A stretch of DNA of 63,958 nucleotides, filler included, from Lama guanicoe (Eukaryota): assembly GCA_013239625.1 (NCBI GenBank). It is 78 parts of 76 records of this genome, joined end to end, with 100 filler letters (N's around TTAATTAATTAA, not from the genome) between each part and the next. Parts side by side here need not be neighbours in the genome. Positions count along the whole stretch, not along the records: positions 23,742 to 24,202 come from PNXV01025149.1; positions 24,303 to 25,026 come from MU057090.1; positions 25,127 to 26,110 come from MU057091.1; positions 26,211 to 26,658 come from PNXV01025176.1; positions 26,759 to 27,681 come from MU057095.1; positions 27,782 to 28,524 come from MU057096.1; positions 28,625 to 29,295 come from MU057097.1; positions 29,396 to 30,002 come from MU057098.1; 70 more parts are not named here. The stretch is one strand, 5' to 3'. The notes below the pieces were generated by a model. It saw only the letters and a program-made list of their open reading frames with translations, did not search any database and had not been told where the DNA came from. This document shows positions 23,642 through 37,197 of the stretch, in pieces (positions within the stretch are counted from its first letter, which is position 1; each line of letters starts with the position of its first letter). Made by a program: the position numbers and the translations under genes.

Positions 23642-25914
23642 NNNNNNNNNNNNNNNNNNNNNNNNNNNNNNNNNNNNNNNNNNNNTTAATTAATTAANNN
23701 NNNNNNNNNNNNNNNNNNNNNNNNNNNNNNNNNNNNNNNNNTAAGCAACTTGCCCTAGGGAAATTTTATGATAAAATATTAAGAAAAAAAGTTTAAATGC
23801 CCAAAATGACATAGCATTCTCCTTTGGTGTTTAGATAATGCATGGCTGTAATTTTCTTACTTTATATATTTTCTACATTTTCCACTGTGGGTATGCACTG
23901 CTATATAATAAGAAAAAGCAAACGTTTAAAAGAGAAAATCTCTCTTCTCCAGATATGATTTGGTTAGAGGATGGGTCAGATACATATAATAAGAGAATCT
24001 TAAATATATGTGTCCATAATTCACTCTTTAAATTCAGGAACAGGAAACTCAGGAATAAAATAGATTAAGAGAATCAAAGATACTTGTATTCAAGATTAGC
24101 AAGTAGGAGTGTCCTCAACAGAAATGGTGATAAACGCAGGGATTAAATGTGATAATGAAGGTACAAATACAACATGAAGTAGAACATGCCACGTGGCAAG
24201 CANNNNNNNNNNNNNNNNNNNNNNNNNNNNNNNNNNNNNNNNNNNNTTAATTAATTAANNNNNNNNNNNNNNNNNNNNNNNNNNNNNNNNNNNNNNNNNN
24301 NNGTACTGCTGCTATACATAGAGCCCAGCCAAGACCTAAAGGACATTATCAGAGAGGACTTCCTGAAAGAAATGGGCTCTACATTCAGTTGTGAGGACAG
24401 AGTAAGAGTCAGCCAAGAGAAGGAGTCAAGAATGTGGCTCAGGTCACAGGTGCAGCCCGGGAAGAGGCCTGTAGGCTTTTGTTGTGGGGACCCGGGGAAA
24501 GTGCCCTGTGTGGTCCAGGGTGGAGAGAGCCCCTGCGGGGGAGGACACTGGAGAGTGTCCAGGGTGTAGGGCTTTGGAAGAATTTGGGTTTTACTAGAAC
24601 TGACATAGTAGACAGTGAAGGGTGTCATTAGAAAGTGACCTTCAGGAAAGGTACTTCTGGTTTTGCTTCTGGTATTCTACAGACAGAAGGGTCGGAACGG
24701 GCGAGAGCAGGTATGTCTGTCCCTTTGAGACCCACCCCGTCATTCATTTATTCATAACACGTGCACTACTGTGAGTCTAGGGGAGGGAGTGTGTAGCCAC
24801 ATTAGTAAGCAAAATATATTTGCTTCTTGAGAGCTTAGCATTGTCAGAAGTTGACTTAGCCTAGAATGTTCTAGGAACAGGGGAACAAATTGTGGAGTTT
24901 GGAGGGAAGGAAGGCTTCCTTGGGAAACAGTCAAAATAAGCTTGGAGGCAAGTGTCAAGTAGGAGCAGGTCAGGGGACCCCTGAGTTCACTGGGGACCTG
25001 GGTACTGATGTGAGGCTGGGCGAGCANNNNNNNNNNNNNNNNNNNNNNNNNNNNNNNNNNNNNNNNNNNNTTAATTAATTAANNNNNNNNNNNNNNNNNN
25101 NNNNNNNNNNNNNNNNNNNNNNNNNNTCAGGCCCAAAGACTGGACAGATGGGCAGGGTGGGCCACGGGAGAGGCCGGCCTCAGGCTCTGCCCTGCACTTA
25201 CACAGAATGCCAGGGTGTCTGTGAATGAGACAAGGCTGGTGGATGGCCTTGGCATCCCCCTTCTTCCCTCATAGAAAGATCCAGCTGGAGCCACAGCCCC
25301 CTGGCCAGAGGTGCAGCGTGACTTTCACGGGCCTCTTTCTCCCGAAAAAAATTTTTTAAATTATATTTTATGATTGTTTATAAAGACAAACCCAATCCAG
25401 GCTGGATTCATTTTTATCTATTTAATATTCTTCACTTTCTTCTTCTGATGTCAAAAGAAATTCAAACCAGAACACCATCCAGGGGCCCTGAAAGTGTCAC
25501 GGACTCTGGGCCTGGCCTCTGGGGCCTGATGGAGAAGCCGCCCGGATACTGGCCAAACCTGCCACGGAGCCAGGCCCTGTTTCTCTCCCACTGCCCCAGG
25601 CTGGCCAGAAGGTGTTGATCCCACAAAAGCACACCCCTTGCCCACCTGCTCATCCACACAGCAAGCAGGGGCTTCACGGTTGGGAATAGGAAGCAGAGAT
25701 TAGAATCAGAGGAGAGAAACAGGGCTGCATGAACACCCACTTGGAGAGAACTCCAGCAGGGCAAAGGGATCTGAGCTCAGGGTAATTGTAAAGTAAAATA
25801 GAAAGGCCACCAAACTAGGGGAGGGGGGCCCGCATCGGAGCCTGGTCACCAGGCATGTGACAAATCACCCCACCTCACTGGGTCCTTGTCAGCCCTGCCC
25901 ATTCAAGCCTGGAG

Positions 25915-26075
25915 TGAAGCACATTATCTCATTAAACCTCTGGAGGGCTTTATGAGCAAGCCTCCACTATAAACATCCCCATTTCACAGATGAGGAAAAT
26001 GAGGCTCAGAAAGGTAAATAACTTGGCCAAACAAGCAGCACGACCTGGACATCGATCCAGGACTCTTCTCTGTCA
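25915..26075. mobile_element. MIR SINE fragment
   Basis: 'atccccatttcacagatgaggaaaatgaggctcagaaaggtaaataacttggccaa'. Confidence 0.8.
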
Positions 26076-26779
26076 AACGCCAGGTCCAGAGGGAATGCCA
26101 AAGCACCTTGNNNNNNNNNNNNNNNNNNNNNNNNNNNNNNNNNNNNNNNNNNNNTTAATTAATTAANNNNNNNNNNNNNNNNNNNNNNNNNNNNNNNNNN
26201 NNNNNNNNNNTGTTCATTTTATAAAACACAAAGCCTGTAAAAGTACAGTCCCTTTTACTATGAAGGCATTCCACAAATACTCCTTTAATCTGGGTGTGGT
26301 TTTAAGAAAACAGAATCATTAGAACATGACATTGCAGGTTGTTAGTGCAAAATCCCCAAATCAATAGTCTAGCTCAACATCTAAAATCTTTCCAATCTAC
26401 CTTGGATTTGTATGGATAAGTGAAGCAGTTTGCTAAGAACTCAAGACCAGGTTTAGAATACAGGCTGGTGTAGCTCAGCAGGTCCATCGAAGCTGATGCT
26501 CTGCCAGAGGGTGGGGCCAAGGGGAGAGGGCTGGTCTTGCCCTCCCTGTGCTGACAGTTTCATGGCAAAGACTATCACCAGGTGAAGAACTTGGAGTTTC
26601 TTCTAGGAGCAGTGGGTCTGAAAAGAGTCCAAAAAGCGTGGGAGTGACACAATCCCATNNNNNNNNNNNNNNNNNNNNNNNNNNNNNNNNNNNNNNNNNN
26701 NNTTAATTAATTAANNNNNNNNNNNNNNNNNNNNNNNNNNNNNNNNNNNNNNNNNNNNCACACACACACACACACAATG

Positions 26780-27681
26780 TCAACCTTGAAGCAAACAAAC
26801 TTAAAGTCATAGTATATTGCCATATATCTAATAGAGAATCCGAATAGGTGTCATACAGAAACTCAATACAAAATAAAATACTAAGAAAGTAGTTTAGTGA
26901 ACTCAGGAATAAATGAAATGATGATAAGGAATACATTACCAAAGAAATTGAAACTATGAAATAACCAATTATTGTTTGAGGATCAGTAGAACTTAATAAA
27001 TGGGATGAATAATGCAACACAAAGCATTGGAAGTAGACTGTCTTTGTGGAATAGAGATTAGCAAACTCATCAATACAAAACTAGAAATAATAGGAGAGGG
27101 CAGAGATACAAGATATTAAAAAGTGAGGAAATTCAACAGAATCCATCAGATCTCCCCAGAAAGTGTACATTACAGTGGAAACCTGGAGGGAGAAGAAAGT
27201 TAGAAGGCAGCTGATGGTTTATTTAAAGATGTAATGGTTGATAAATTCCTGAACCTGTGTAAGGAACTGATATACAATTCCGTGAGCCAATAAAACACCA
27301 ATAAATTTAAGAGAAAGGGACCTCCTTCAAGGTACATCATATGCAAATTGGCAATGACAGAGAAAAATTTAAAACACAGCCAAAAATAGTTATGATAATC
27401 TACAAAGGAACCTCATTAGGCTATGAGCAGATTTCTGAGAAGGAAACATTGGCAAATGTTAAATAAAATTACATTTCATACTACTGAAATTAGAAATAAC
27501 TAACCCAATAATACTTACACCATTGTCACTTAGATATAAAGTGAAAATAAAGACTTTATCAGACAAACAAAACCTGAATGTGATGAAAAAAACAAAACTG
27601 AGACACCCTATAAGAGGTGTAGAAAAGAAATCTTCTAAGAAATATGAAATGGCAAATATATGCAAAACATTGAACAAAATG
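26780..27681 (+). mobile_element. Decayed LINE-1 ORF1 region, preceded by a (CA)n run
   Basis: 'tacaaaggaacctcattaggctatgagcagatttct', 'gaaaataaagactttatcagacaaacaaaacctgaa'. Confidence 0.75.
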
Positions 27682-28280
27682 NNNNNNNNNNNNNNNNNNN
27701 NNNNNNNNNNNNNNNNNNNNNNNNNTTAATTAATTAANNNNNNNNNNNNNNNNNNNNNNNNNNNNNNNNNNNNNNNNNNNNTGTTTTGCCTTTTCTTCTT
27801 TCTTTCTTCCTTTTCTCCTAAAAGATTTTAAAGATCTTTACCTATTGAAGAGGACAATGTTCTGCCAGGGTTCTGCAGGTTCTCTGGTTAGCTGAGTGTG
27901 TCTGTGGATGTGAGTCTTGGTGCATTTGTGGGAAAGGGTGAGTATCGAGCATCCTTCTACCTCACCATCTTGGCCTTCACACCNNNNNNNNNNNNNNNNN
28001 NNNNNNNNNNNNNNNNNNNNNNNNNNNNNNNNNNNNNNNNNNNNNNNNNNNNNNNNNNNNNNNNNNNNNNNNNNNNNNNNNNNNNNNNNNNNNNNNNNNN
28101 NNNNNNNNNNNNNNNNNNNNNNNNNNNNNNNNNNNNNNNNNNNNNNNNNNNNNNNNNNNNNNNNNNNNNNNNNNNNNNNNNNNNNNNNNNNNNNNNNNNN
28201 NNNNNNNNNNNNNNNNNNNNNNNNNNNNNNNNNNNNNNNNNNNNNNNNNNNNNNNNNNNNNNNNNNNNNNNNNNNNNNNN

Positions 28281-28524
28281 NAATAATTGTAGAAGAATAT
28301 AACACCTCACTATTCTGAAAGCCAGATCATCTGGAAAGAATATCTGTAAGGAAATAGAGTTCTTAATAATATATCAGATAATTTGAACCTAACTGGGTTA
28401 TTGGACACTGCATCAGAAAAGAAGAACATATAAACTTTTCAAGTGTGCACAGGATGTTATCTAAGTAATTAACCGCAAATTATGCCATGAAAAGTGCCTC
28501 AGGATCTTTAAGCAAATATAGATT
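28281..28524 (+). mobile_element. Decayed LINE-1 endonuclease fragment
   Basis: 'ataattgtagaagaatataacacctcact' (IIVGDFNTPL-like) and 'ttttcaagtgtgcacagga'. Confidence 0.65.
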
Positions 28525-28624
28525 NNNNNNNNNNNNNNNNNNNNNNNNNNNNNNNNNNNNNNNNNNNNTTAATTAATTAANNNNNNNNNNNNNNNNNNNN
28601 NNNNNNNNNNNNNNNNNNNNNNNN

Positions 28625-29000
28625 GAAGAAATGTCAACAGAGATAACTACTGGGGACCTGGGGAGGTGGTTAGACTGGGGACAACCAGCCAGGACTGTTT
28701 ACATTCCTCTCTGTGTCCCTTTGTCTCTACCTGGCTTGGCCACCATTTTGTTTACTAAACATTTATTCTTCCGTATCCATGAGAATTGTCTTTTTCTTGT
28801 TCAGAATCCCACACTCCAATCCCCTTTCCCTGGGCTCAGAGCAGCATATGATCCTCAGTTGTCTGATTGCCTCATATTCTTATGGGGTTTCCATGCACAT
28901 AACATAAAGTTTGATTTTCTCCTGTTAATCTGTCTCATGTCAATTTAATGATTAGATCAGCCAGAAGAACTGGAAGGTGCAGAAAAACCGCTTCCTGGAC
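28625..29000 (+). mobile_element. ERV1-type LTR 3' part
   Basis: 'ataaagtttgattttctcctgttaatctgtctcatgtcaatttaatgattagatcagccagaagaact' is a typical ERV1 LTR R/U5 motif. Another LTR-like end begins near 29193. Confidence 0.65.
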
Positions 29001-29395
29001 ATTTTCTGCGTGAAGTCTCTGTAGAACTAACTGATCCTGCCGGCGCAGGTTAGACCATCTCTTAGAACCAATTCAATACTCAGCTGGGAACAGTTACCTT
29101 CCTCGTTCTCAGAAATCATATTCTTAAATATCCCCTTAGTTTTTGCTTTTTTCTCTCCACACTTCATTAAAAAAAAATGCAGATGTTAGTACTGTCGACT
29201 GAAATAAACGCACAGCCTAAAGGCTGAGAGTCGTGTTTTATCTGGGGGACATTTCTGAGGACTCGAACCCCTTCGAGCCCGGGATGACAGCCTCTNNNNN
29301 NNNNNNNNNNNNNNNNNNNNNNNNNNNNNNNNNNNNNNNTTAATTAATTAANNNNNNNNNNNNNNNNNNNNNNNNNNNNNNNNNNNNNNNNNNNN

Positions 29396-30918
29396 ATGGA
29401 ATACTGAATACAGATTTAGAACATGGAAAGAAGAACACAAAAATTAGGATATAGGATACACAATACTGAATATAGAATTTCGAATATACAATGTAAAACA
29501 CAGAATATAGAAAATAGAATACGGAATGCAGAATATTGATTGTAGAATATAGAATGAAGAACGCAAAATATAGAAAATAGAAAAGAGAATATAGAAGGCA
29601 GAATTTAGAACATGGAATTCAGAACACAGAATTTAGAANNNNNNNNNNNNNNNNNNNNNNNNNNNNNNNNNNNNNNNNNNNNNNNNNNNNNNNNNNNNNN
29701 NNNNNNNNNNNNNNNNNNNNNNNNNNNNNNNNNNNNNNNNNNNNNNNNNNNNNNNNNNNNNNNNNNNNNNNNNNNNAGTAGAACTCAGAATTTTGAACAT
29801 GGAATTCAGAACACAGAATTTAGAATATAGATTATCGAATGCAGAATATAGAATTTAGAATATAGAATGAAGAACACAGTATTTAGAATATTGAATAGAG
29901 AATATAGAACCCAAATTTTACAAAATGGAATGCAGTACACAGAATTTAGAATGTAGAATACAGAACACTGTATATAGAATTTAAAATATTGAATGTAGAA
30001 CANNNNNNNNNNNNNNNNNNNNNNNNNNNNNNNNNNNNNNNNNNNNTTAATTAATTAANNNNNNNNNNNNNNNNNNNNNNNNNNNNNNNNNNNNNNNNNN
30101 NNTCTACATTCTATATTTTAAATTCGATATTCAGTATTCTGTATTCTATATAATAAATTCTGTGTTCTACATTCCATGTTATAATTTCTGGGTTCTATAT
30201 TCTGTATTCCTTATTCTATATTTTGTGTTCATCATTCTATATTCTATATACTATATTCTGCATTCCGTAGTCTATATTCTATATTCAGTATTCTGTATTT
30301 TATATTCTATATTCTGTGTTCTGACTTCCATGTTCTNNNNNNNNNNNNNNNNNNNNNNNNNNNNNNNNNNNNNNNNNNNNNNNNNNNNNNNNNNNNNNNN
30401 NNNNNNNNNNNNNNNNNNNNNNNNNNNNNNNNNNNNNNNNNNNNNNNNNNNNNNNNNNNNNNNNNNNNNNNNNNNNNNNNNNNNNNNNNNNNNNNNNNNN
30501 NNNNNNNNNNNNNNNNNNNNNNNNNNNNNNNNNNNNNNNNNNNNNNNNNNNNNNNNNNNNNNNNNNNNNNNNNNNNNNNNNNNNNNNNNNNNNNNNNNNN
30601 NNNNNNNNNNNNNNNNNNNNNNNNNNNNNNNNNNNNNNNNNNNNNNNNNNNNNNNNNNNNNNNNNNNNNNNNNNNNNNNNNNNNNNNNNNNNNNNNNNNN
30701 NNNNNNNNNNNNNNNNNNNNNNNNNNNNNNNNNNNNNNNNNNNNNNNNNNNNNNNNNNNNNNNNNNNNNNNNNNNNNNNNNNNNNNNNNNNNNNNNNNNN
30801 NNNNNNNNNNNNNNNNNNNNNNNNNNNNNNNNNNNNNNNNNNNNNNNTATTCTATATTGTATTTTCTGTGTTCTGCTTTCCATGTTCTATAATCCATATT
30901 CGGTATTCTGTATTCTAT
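29396..30918. repeat. Satellite B, two scaffolds in opposite orientations
   Basis: TAGAATA-type heptamers at 29396-30002 and TATTCTA-type at 30103-30918. Confidence 0.95.
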
Positions 30919-31018
30919 NNNNNNNNNNNNNNNNNNNNNNNNNNNNNNNNNNNNNNNNNNNNTTAATTAATTAANNNNNNNNNNNNNNNNNNNNNNNNNN
31001 NNNNNNNNNNNNNNNNNN

Positions 31019-31215
31019 GAATTAGAAGGCACAAACTACTAGGTATAATTTGAGTAAGACACAAGAAAGTAATGTACAGCACAAAGACTACAGCCAGGAT
31101 TTTATAAGAACTTTAAATGGACCACAATCTATAAAAATACCAAATCACTAAGTTGTACACCTGAAACCAATATAATATTGTAAATCAACTATATCTCAAT
31201 TATATAAAAACATGA
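31019..31215 (+). mobile_element. LINE-1 extreme 3' end
   Basis: 'aaatcactaagttgtacacctgaaaccaatataatattgtaaatcaactatatctcaat' followed by an A-rich tail. Confidence 0.8.
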
Positions 31216-31966
31216 AAAGTGAAAATGAAGGGCATGGCTGTACTAAGAAAAATTTAAAAATAAAATAAAATCCATAAAAAAGAAACCAACAATGGAAGTT
31301 TAACTTCTNNNNNNNNNNNNNNNNNNNNNNNNNNNNNNNNNNNNNNNNNNNNNNNNNNNNNNNNNNNNNNNNNNNNNNNNNNNNNNNNNNNNNNNNNNNN
31401 NNNNNNNNNNNNNNNNNNNNNNNNNNNNNNNNNNNNNNNNNNNNNNNNNNNNNNNNNNNNNNNNNNNNNNNNNNNNNNNNNNNNNNNNNNNNNNNNNNNN
31501 NNNNNNNNNNNNNNNNNNNNNNNNNNNNNNNNNNNNNNNNNNNNNNNNNNNNNNNNNNNNNNNNNNNNNNNNNNNNNNNNNNNNNNNNNNNNNNNNNNNN
31601 NNNNNNNNNNNNNNNNNNNNNNNNNNNNNNNNNNNNNNNNNNNNNNNNNNAACAAAGGCACAGAGGAAGGAAGAAAAGGGACACCAACAAGGGGGTCACC
31701 GGCACCACCACTTGCCCTTCTGGGTATTTGTAGCTCTGGCATCCCTTTTCAAACAACACTCAGAAATCAACTTATGTATCTAAATAATTTAAAGGTTTTG
31801 GCAAGACAAATAACAGTGCACATTCTGATTTATACCATGGCAAAATTATTACCATCACCAAGACTANNNNNNNNNNNNNNNNNNNNNNNNNNNNNNNNNN
31901 NNNNNNNNNNTTAATTAATTAANNNNNNNNNNNNNNNNNNNNNNNNNNNNNNNNNNNNNNNNNNNN

Positions 31967-32520
31967 GTGTTCTGCATTCCATGTTCTAAATTCTGGGTTC
32001 AATATTTTTTATACTATAATTTATATTCTGATTTCTACATTCTATATTCTAAATTCTATATTCTGTATTCCGTATTCTATATTCTATATTCTGTGTTCTA
32101 CAATCCATATTCTAAATTCTACTCCTCACTCCAACTCTAGCTTCTGATACATTCCGTATTCTGTATTCTAAATTCTGTGAAATTCATTCTATATTCTAAA
32201 TTCTATATTCAGCATTCTGTATTCTATAATCTAAATTCAATTTTCTACATTCCATGTTCTAAATTCTGTGTTGTATATTCTCTATTATATAATCTATATT
32301 TGTATTCTTCATTCTATATTCTACACTCAATATTCTGCATTCCGTATTCTATATTCTGTGTTCTACATTAATTTTCTACATTCCATGTTCTAAATTCTGT
32401 GTTGTATATTCTCTATTATATAATCTATATTTGTATTCTTCATTCTATATTCTACACTCAATATTCTGCATTCCGTATTCTATATTCTGTGTTCTACATT
32501 CTATCTTTTGTAAATACTAT
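31967..32520 (-). repeat. Satellite B with an exact 131-bp-period duplication (32239-32500)
   Basis: Heptamer array. The block beginning 'aattttctacattccatg' at 32239 repeats identically at 32370. Confidence 0.95.
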
Positions 32521-32620
32521 NNNNNNNNNNNNNNNNNNNNNNNNNNNNNNNNNNNNNNNNNNNNTTAATTAATTAANNNNNNNNNNNNNNNNNNNNNNNN
32601 NNNNNNNNNNNNNNNNNNNN

Positions 32621-33147
32621 AAGCCACCAGCTACATGTAGTGACTGTTTAGCACATGAAGTGTGGGTGGCCCACACTGAGATGTGCTGAAGACAGTGGTG
32701 TATTGGTTAACAAGCACTCTGGTGAAAAAAGCCCTGATATATGTCATTTGCTGATACCTGTTATGTAAGTGCTCCTACTATGACTGATGTCAAACTACCA
32801 GTGTGATGTTACAGACCCTGCCTTGGGAAGAGATGTGCACAGTCAACTCTCACAAGCTGNNNNNNNNNNNNNNNNNNNNNNNNNNNNNNNNNNNNNNNNN
32901 NNNNNNNNNNNNNNNNNNNNNNNNNNNNNNNNNNNNNNNNNNNNNNNNNNNNNNNNNNNNNNNNNNNNNNNNNNNNNNNNNNNNNNNNNNNNNNNNNNNN
33001 NNNNNNNNNNNNNNNNNNNNNNAATATTTAAATAAGATGGATTGTTAAAATTAATGTCATGTTTCTTTTTACCTTTTTAATTATAACTGTAGAAATTTTT
33101 AAATTACAGATGTTACTCATTGTAAATCCATTGGAGTGTATTGCTCT
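32621..33147. mobile_element. hAT DNA-transposon fossil (MER3/MER33-like) interrupted by a MER63-like element (about 32693-32859+)
   Basis: The flanks 'agccaccagctacatgt...actgagatgtgctg' and 'ttaaaattaat..ca.tgtttctttttac.tttttaa...aaatttttaaattaca' are MER3/33-like. The insert 'cagtggtgt...aaaaaagccctgat...ttgggaagagatgtgcac' is MER63-like. Confidence 0.65.
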
Positions 33148-33551
33148 AAAAGGTTGAGACTATTGAGTGTTCGAGTTATTAGGTTCTATTTCCGTATCAT
33201 ACTTTAATATTTGCTTCTAGCATCCAGTTGTATTTGACCTGTTACAGCGAATATTTGCTTTTATATGTTCACCCATAAATGAGTATGAATAAGGGTACTC
33301 ATTTTTCAAGTTTTTTGGTTGAAATGATGCATTATTCACAAAGGTATTTCTATACTAATATTGTTTAAATTGTCTTTTTTATTTCTCATTTTAGTGTTTT
33401 TTTAAAGAGAGGAAGAAATCATGTTTAAGAGTTTTTCTCAGCATAACCATTNNNNNNNNNNNNNNNNNNNNNNNNNNNNNNNNNNNNNNNNNNNNTTAAT
33501 TAATTAANNNNNNNNNNNNNNNNNNNNNNNNNNNNNNNNNNNNNNNNNNNN

Positions 33552-33888
33552 CTGTAACAAGTATCCACAAACGACATGGTAGTAAAAAGAAAAAAGAAAA
33601 TGTCTCCACTAAACAGCACAAATTTAACCTTGTAGGGTTCTTGAACGCAGAAGCCTGCTGAAGTCAAAGTATTTGCAGGGCTGTTTCTGAAGGCCTCAGG
33701 GGAACCTGTATCTTTGACTTTTCTGGCTTACAGAGGCCACCTGTGTCTCTTGGCCTGTGACTTCTTTTCTCTCTCTGAAGGTCAGCTTGGTTGTGTGCCT
33801 CTGACTCTGATCCTGTGGTCACATCCCCTCTCCTCTCTCCCCTCTTCTTCCTCCCTCTTCCTCCTTTAACGACCCTGGTGATTACACT
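33552..33888. mobile_element. MaLR (MLT1-type) LTR fragment
   Basis: 'ctgtaacaa...ccacaaac', 'gcagggctg..ttctgaaggc', 'cctgtggtcacatcccct...gaccctggtgattacact'. Confidence 0.7.
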
Positions 33889-36294
33889 NNNNNNNNNNNN
33901 NNNNNNNNNNNNNNNNNNNNNNNNNNNNNNNNNNNNNNNNNNNNNNNNNNNNNNNNNNNNNNNNNNNNNNNNNNNNNNNNNNNNNNNNNNNNNNNNNNNN
34001 NNNNNNNNNNNNNNNNNNNNNNNNNNNNNNNNNNNNNNNNNNNNNNNNNNNNNNNNNNNNNNNNNNNNNNNNNNNNNNNNNNNNNNNNNNNNNNNNNNNN
34101 NNNNNNNNNNNNNNNNNNNNNNNNNNNNNNNNNNNNNNNNNNNNNNNNNNNNNNNNNNNNNNNNNNNNNNNNNNNNNNNNNNNNNNNNNNNNNNNNNNNN
34201 NNNNNNNNNNNNNNNNNNNNNNNNNNNNNNNNNNNNNNNNNNNNNNNNNNNNNNNNNNNNNNNNNNNNNNNNNNNNNNNNNNNNNNNNNNNNNNNNNNNN
34301 NNNNNNNNNNNNNNNNNNNNNNNNNNNNNNNNNNNNNNNNNNNNNNNNNNNNNNNNNNNNNNNNNNNNNNNNNNNNNNNNNNNNNNNNNNNNNNNNNNNN
34401 NNNNNNNNNNNNNNNNNNNNNTTCTGCCCACCGCATCCAAGTTCCCTTTCATTGTTTCTCCTCCCTTCCCTAACCTTCCTTCTCTCTCCCTTATTACCAA
34501 GTTTCTGTCCATTCTCTTTATAGGGCAGTTAAATTAATTATTCTTTCTTTCTTTCTTTCTGTTTTTGCCGAGTGAACCCCTTTGCGTGTCAGTGTGTCCT
34601 TCCATATTTCTTCACAAGGGCTTCATCTTCCAGCTTCAGTATGGATTACTGGGGTCTGTCTCGAAACAAAGGCATTTCCNNNNNNNNNNNNNNNNNNNNN
34701 NNNNNNNNNNNNNNNNNNNNNNNTTAATTAATTAANNNNNNNNNNNNNNNNNNNNNNNNNNNNNNNNNNNNNNNNNNNNTGGTGATGGAGCAGCAAAAGT
34801 GAAACTCTGTTTAACTTGGACACACACTTTCCAGCGAACAGGAGACATGGGATTGAAGGTGATGTGCTGAGTGTTAGAAGAGTGCACAGCAGATGCTTGG
34901 CTGACAGAACTCAAAGAAACCAGCACAAAATAGCCCCACAGTTGATTCTGAGACCAAGAACCGAGCTGCCAAATTTGAGGTNNNNNNNNNNNNNNNNNNN
35001 NNNNNNNNNNNNNNNNNNNNNNNNNNNNNNNNNNNNNNNNNNNNNNNNNNNNNNNNNNNNNNNNNNNNNNNNNNNNNNNNNNNNNNNNNNNNNNNNNNNN
35101 NNNNNNNNNNNNNNNNNNNNNNNNNNNNNNNNNNNNNNNNNNNNNNNNNNNNNNNNNNNNNNNNNNNNNNNNNNNNNNNNNNNNNNNNNNNNNNNNNNNN
35201 NNNNNNNNNNNNNNNNNNNNNNNNNNNNNNNNNNNNNNNNNNNNNNNNNNNNNNNNNNNNNNNNNNNNNNNNNNNNNNNNNNNNNNNNNNNNNNNNNNNN
35301 NNNNNNNNNNNNNNNNNNNNNNNNNNNNNNNNNNNNNNNNNNNNNNNNNNNNNNNNNNNNNNNNNNNNNNNNNNNNNNNNNNNNNNNNNNNNNNNNNNNN
35401 NNNNNNNNNNNNNNNNNNNNNNNNNNNNNNNNNNNNNNNNNNNNNNNNNNNNNNNNNNNNNNNNNNNNNNNNNNNNNNNNNNNNNNNNNNNNNNNNNNNN
35501 NNNNNNNNNNNNNNNNNNNNNNNNNNNNNNNNNNNNNNNNNNNNNNNNNNNNNNNNNNNNNNNNNNNNNNNNNNNNNNNNNNNNNNNNNNNNNCTGGTGT
35601 TTCTGTAGACAGAGAAGCTCTGGGAAGAACTGGTTCATTGGGACATTCCCGTGGCACTACAAAGCACAAGCGCACTCTCAGTTGGCAGTTTTGGAAACAC
35701 TCCAAAACGACATGGAGCAGAATGCAGAGCTGAGAACCTTTAGAAGCTTCATTTCCACGAGAGGAAGTGCCCTGTGCACTTTCACATTTGTGAGATAAGC
35801 GTAATCAAAATGAGGTTATGCTAATTGAAATAGTATGGGGTGTTCATCACAACAACGGCAACACCAGCAATCGGAGATATACCAGACAACACACACAGGA
35901 ACAGGNNNNNNNNNNNNNNNNNNNNNNNNNNNNNNNNNNNNNNNNNNNNTTAATTAATTAANNNNNNNNNNNNNNNNNNNNNNNNNNNNNNNNNNNNNNN
36001 NNNNNTCAAAGTTGGCATGAGAAAAAATGAAGAACTTAAATATTCCAGTTAAATCCCAATAATACTTAATACTTATATATCAATAGTTATGAGCTGAAAT
36101 GTTGTCTGAAAGGCAAACCATCCCCTCACATTTCAAGTACAGACTGTTTTACACATTAGTGTTACTAACATTTCAAGGAGTAATCAATTTCTGTCTTATA
36201 AAAGTACTTACAGAACACAGGAAATGAGTTGCCCAGATTATTCTAGGAGGCCAGTGCAATGACTTCACAGGCAGATAAGGATGACACAAGAAAT

Positions 36295-37097
36295 ACTCAA
36301 AAGACAAATCAAAACTACAATGAGGTATCACCTCACACCAGCCAGAATGGCCANNNNNNNNNNNNNNNNNNNNNNNNNNNNNNNNNNNNNNNNNNNNNNN
36401 NNNNNNNNNNNNNNNNNNNNNNNNNNNNNNNNNNNNNNNNNNNNNNNNNNNNNNNNNNNNNNNNNNNNNNNNNNNNNNNNNNNNNNNNNNNNNNNNNNNN
36501 NNNNNNNNNNNNNNNNNNNNNNNNNNNNNNNNNNNNNNNNNNNNNNNNNNNNNNNNNNNNNNNNNNNNNNNNNNNNNNNNNNNNNNNNNNNNNNNNNNNN
36601 NNNNNNNNNNNNNNNNNNNNNNNNNNNNNNNNNNNNNNNNNNNNNNNNNNNNNNNNNNNNNNNNNNNNNNNNNNNNNNNNNNNNNNNNNNNNNNNNNNNN
36701 NNNNNNNNNNNNNNNNNNNNNNNNNNNNNNNNNNNNNNNNNNNNNNNNNNNNNNNNNNNNNNNNNNNNNNNNNNNNNNNNNNNNNNNNNNNNNNNNNNNN
36801 NNNAATTAAAAAAAAAAAAGAACATAAATACAAAACAGAAACAGACTCATAGACATAGTATACAAACTTGTGCTTGCCAACGGGTTTGGGGGTAGGAAGG
36901 GAAAGAATGGGATTTCAAAATTTGTAGATACTGACAGGCATATGCAGCATAGATAAACAAGATTACATTGTACAGCACAGGGAAATATATACAAGATCTT
37001 GTGTTAGCTCACAGTGGAAAAAAATGTGACAATGAATATATGTATGTACATATATAACTGAAAAATTGTGCTGTACACTGGAATTTGACACAACATT
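36295..37097 (+). mobile_element. Young LINE-1 3' end (with gap)
   Basis: 'aaatcaaaactacaatgaggtatcacctcacaccagccagaatggcca' and 3'UTR 'aaaacagaaacagactcatagacatag...tgtacagcacagggaaatatatacaagatcttgt'. Confidence 0.9.
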
Positions 37098-37197
37098 NNN
37101 NNNNNNNNNNNNNNNNNNNNNNNNNNNNNNNNNNNNNNNNNTTAATTAATTAANNNNNNNNNNNNNNNNNNNNNNNNNNNNNNNNNNNNNNNNNNNN

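Noticed and set aside
33664..36895. Long ORFs of 160-305 aa (also at 21048, 27838, 30162, 43172)
   Set aside because: They consist mainly of X residues from assembly gaps.
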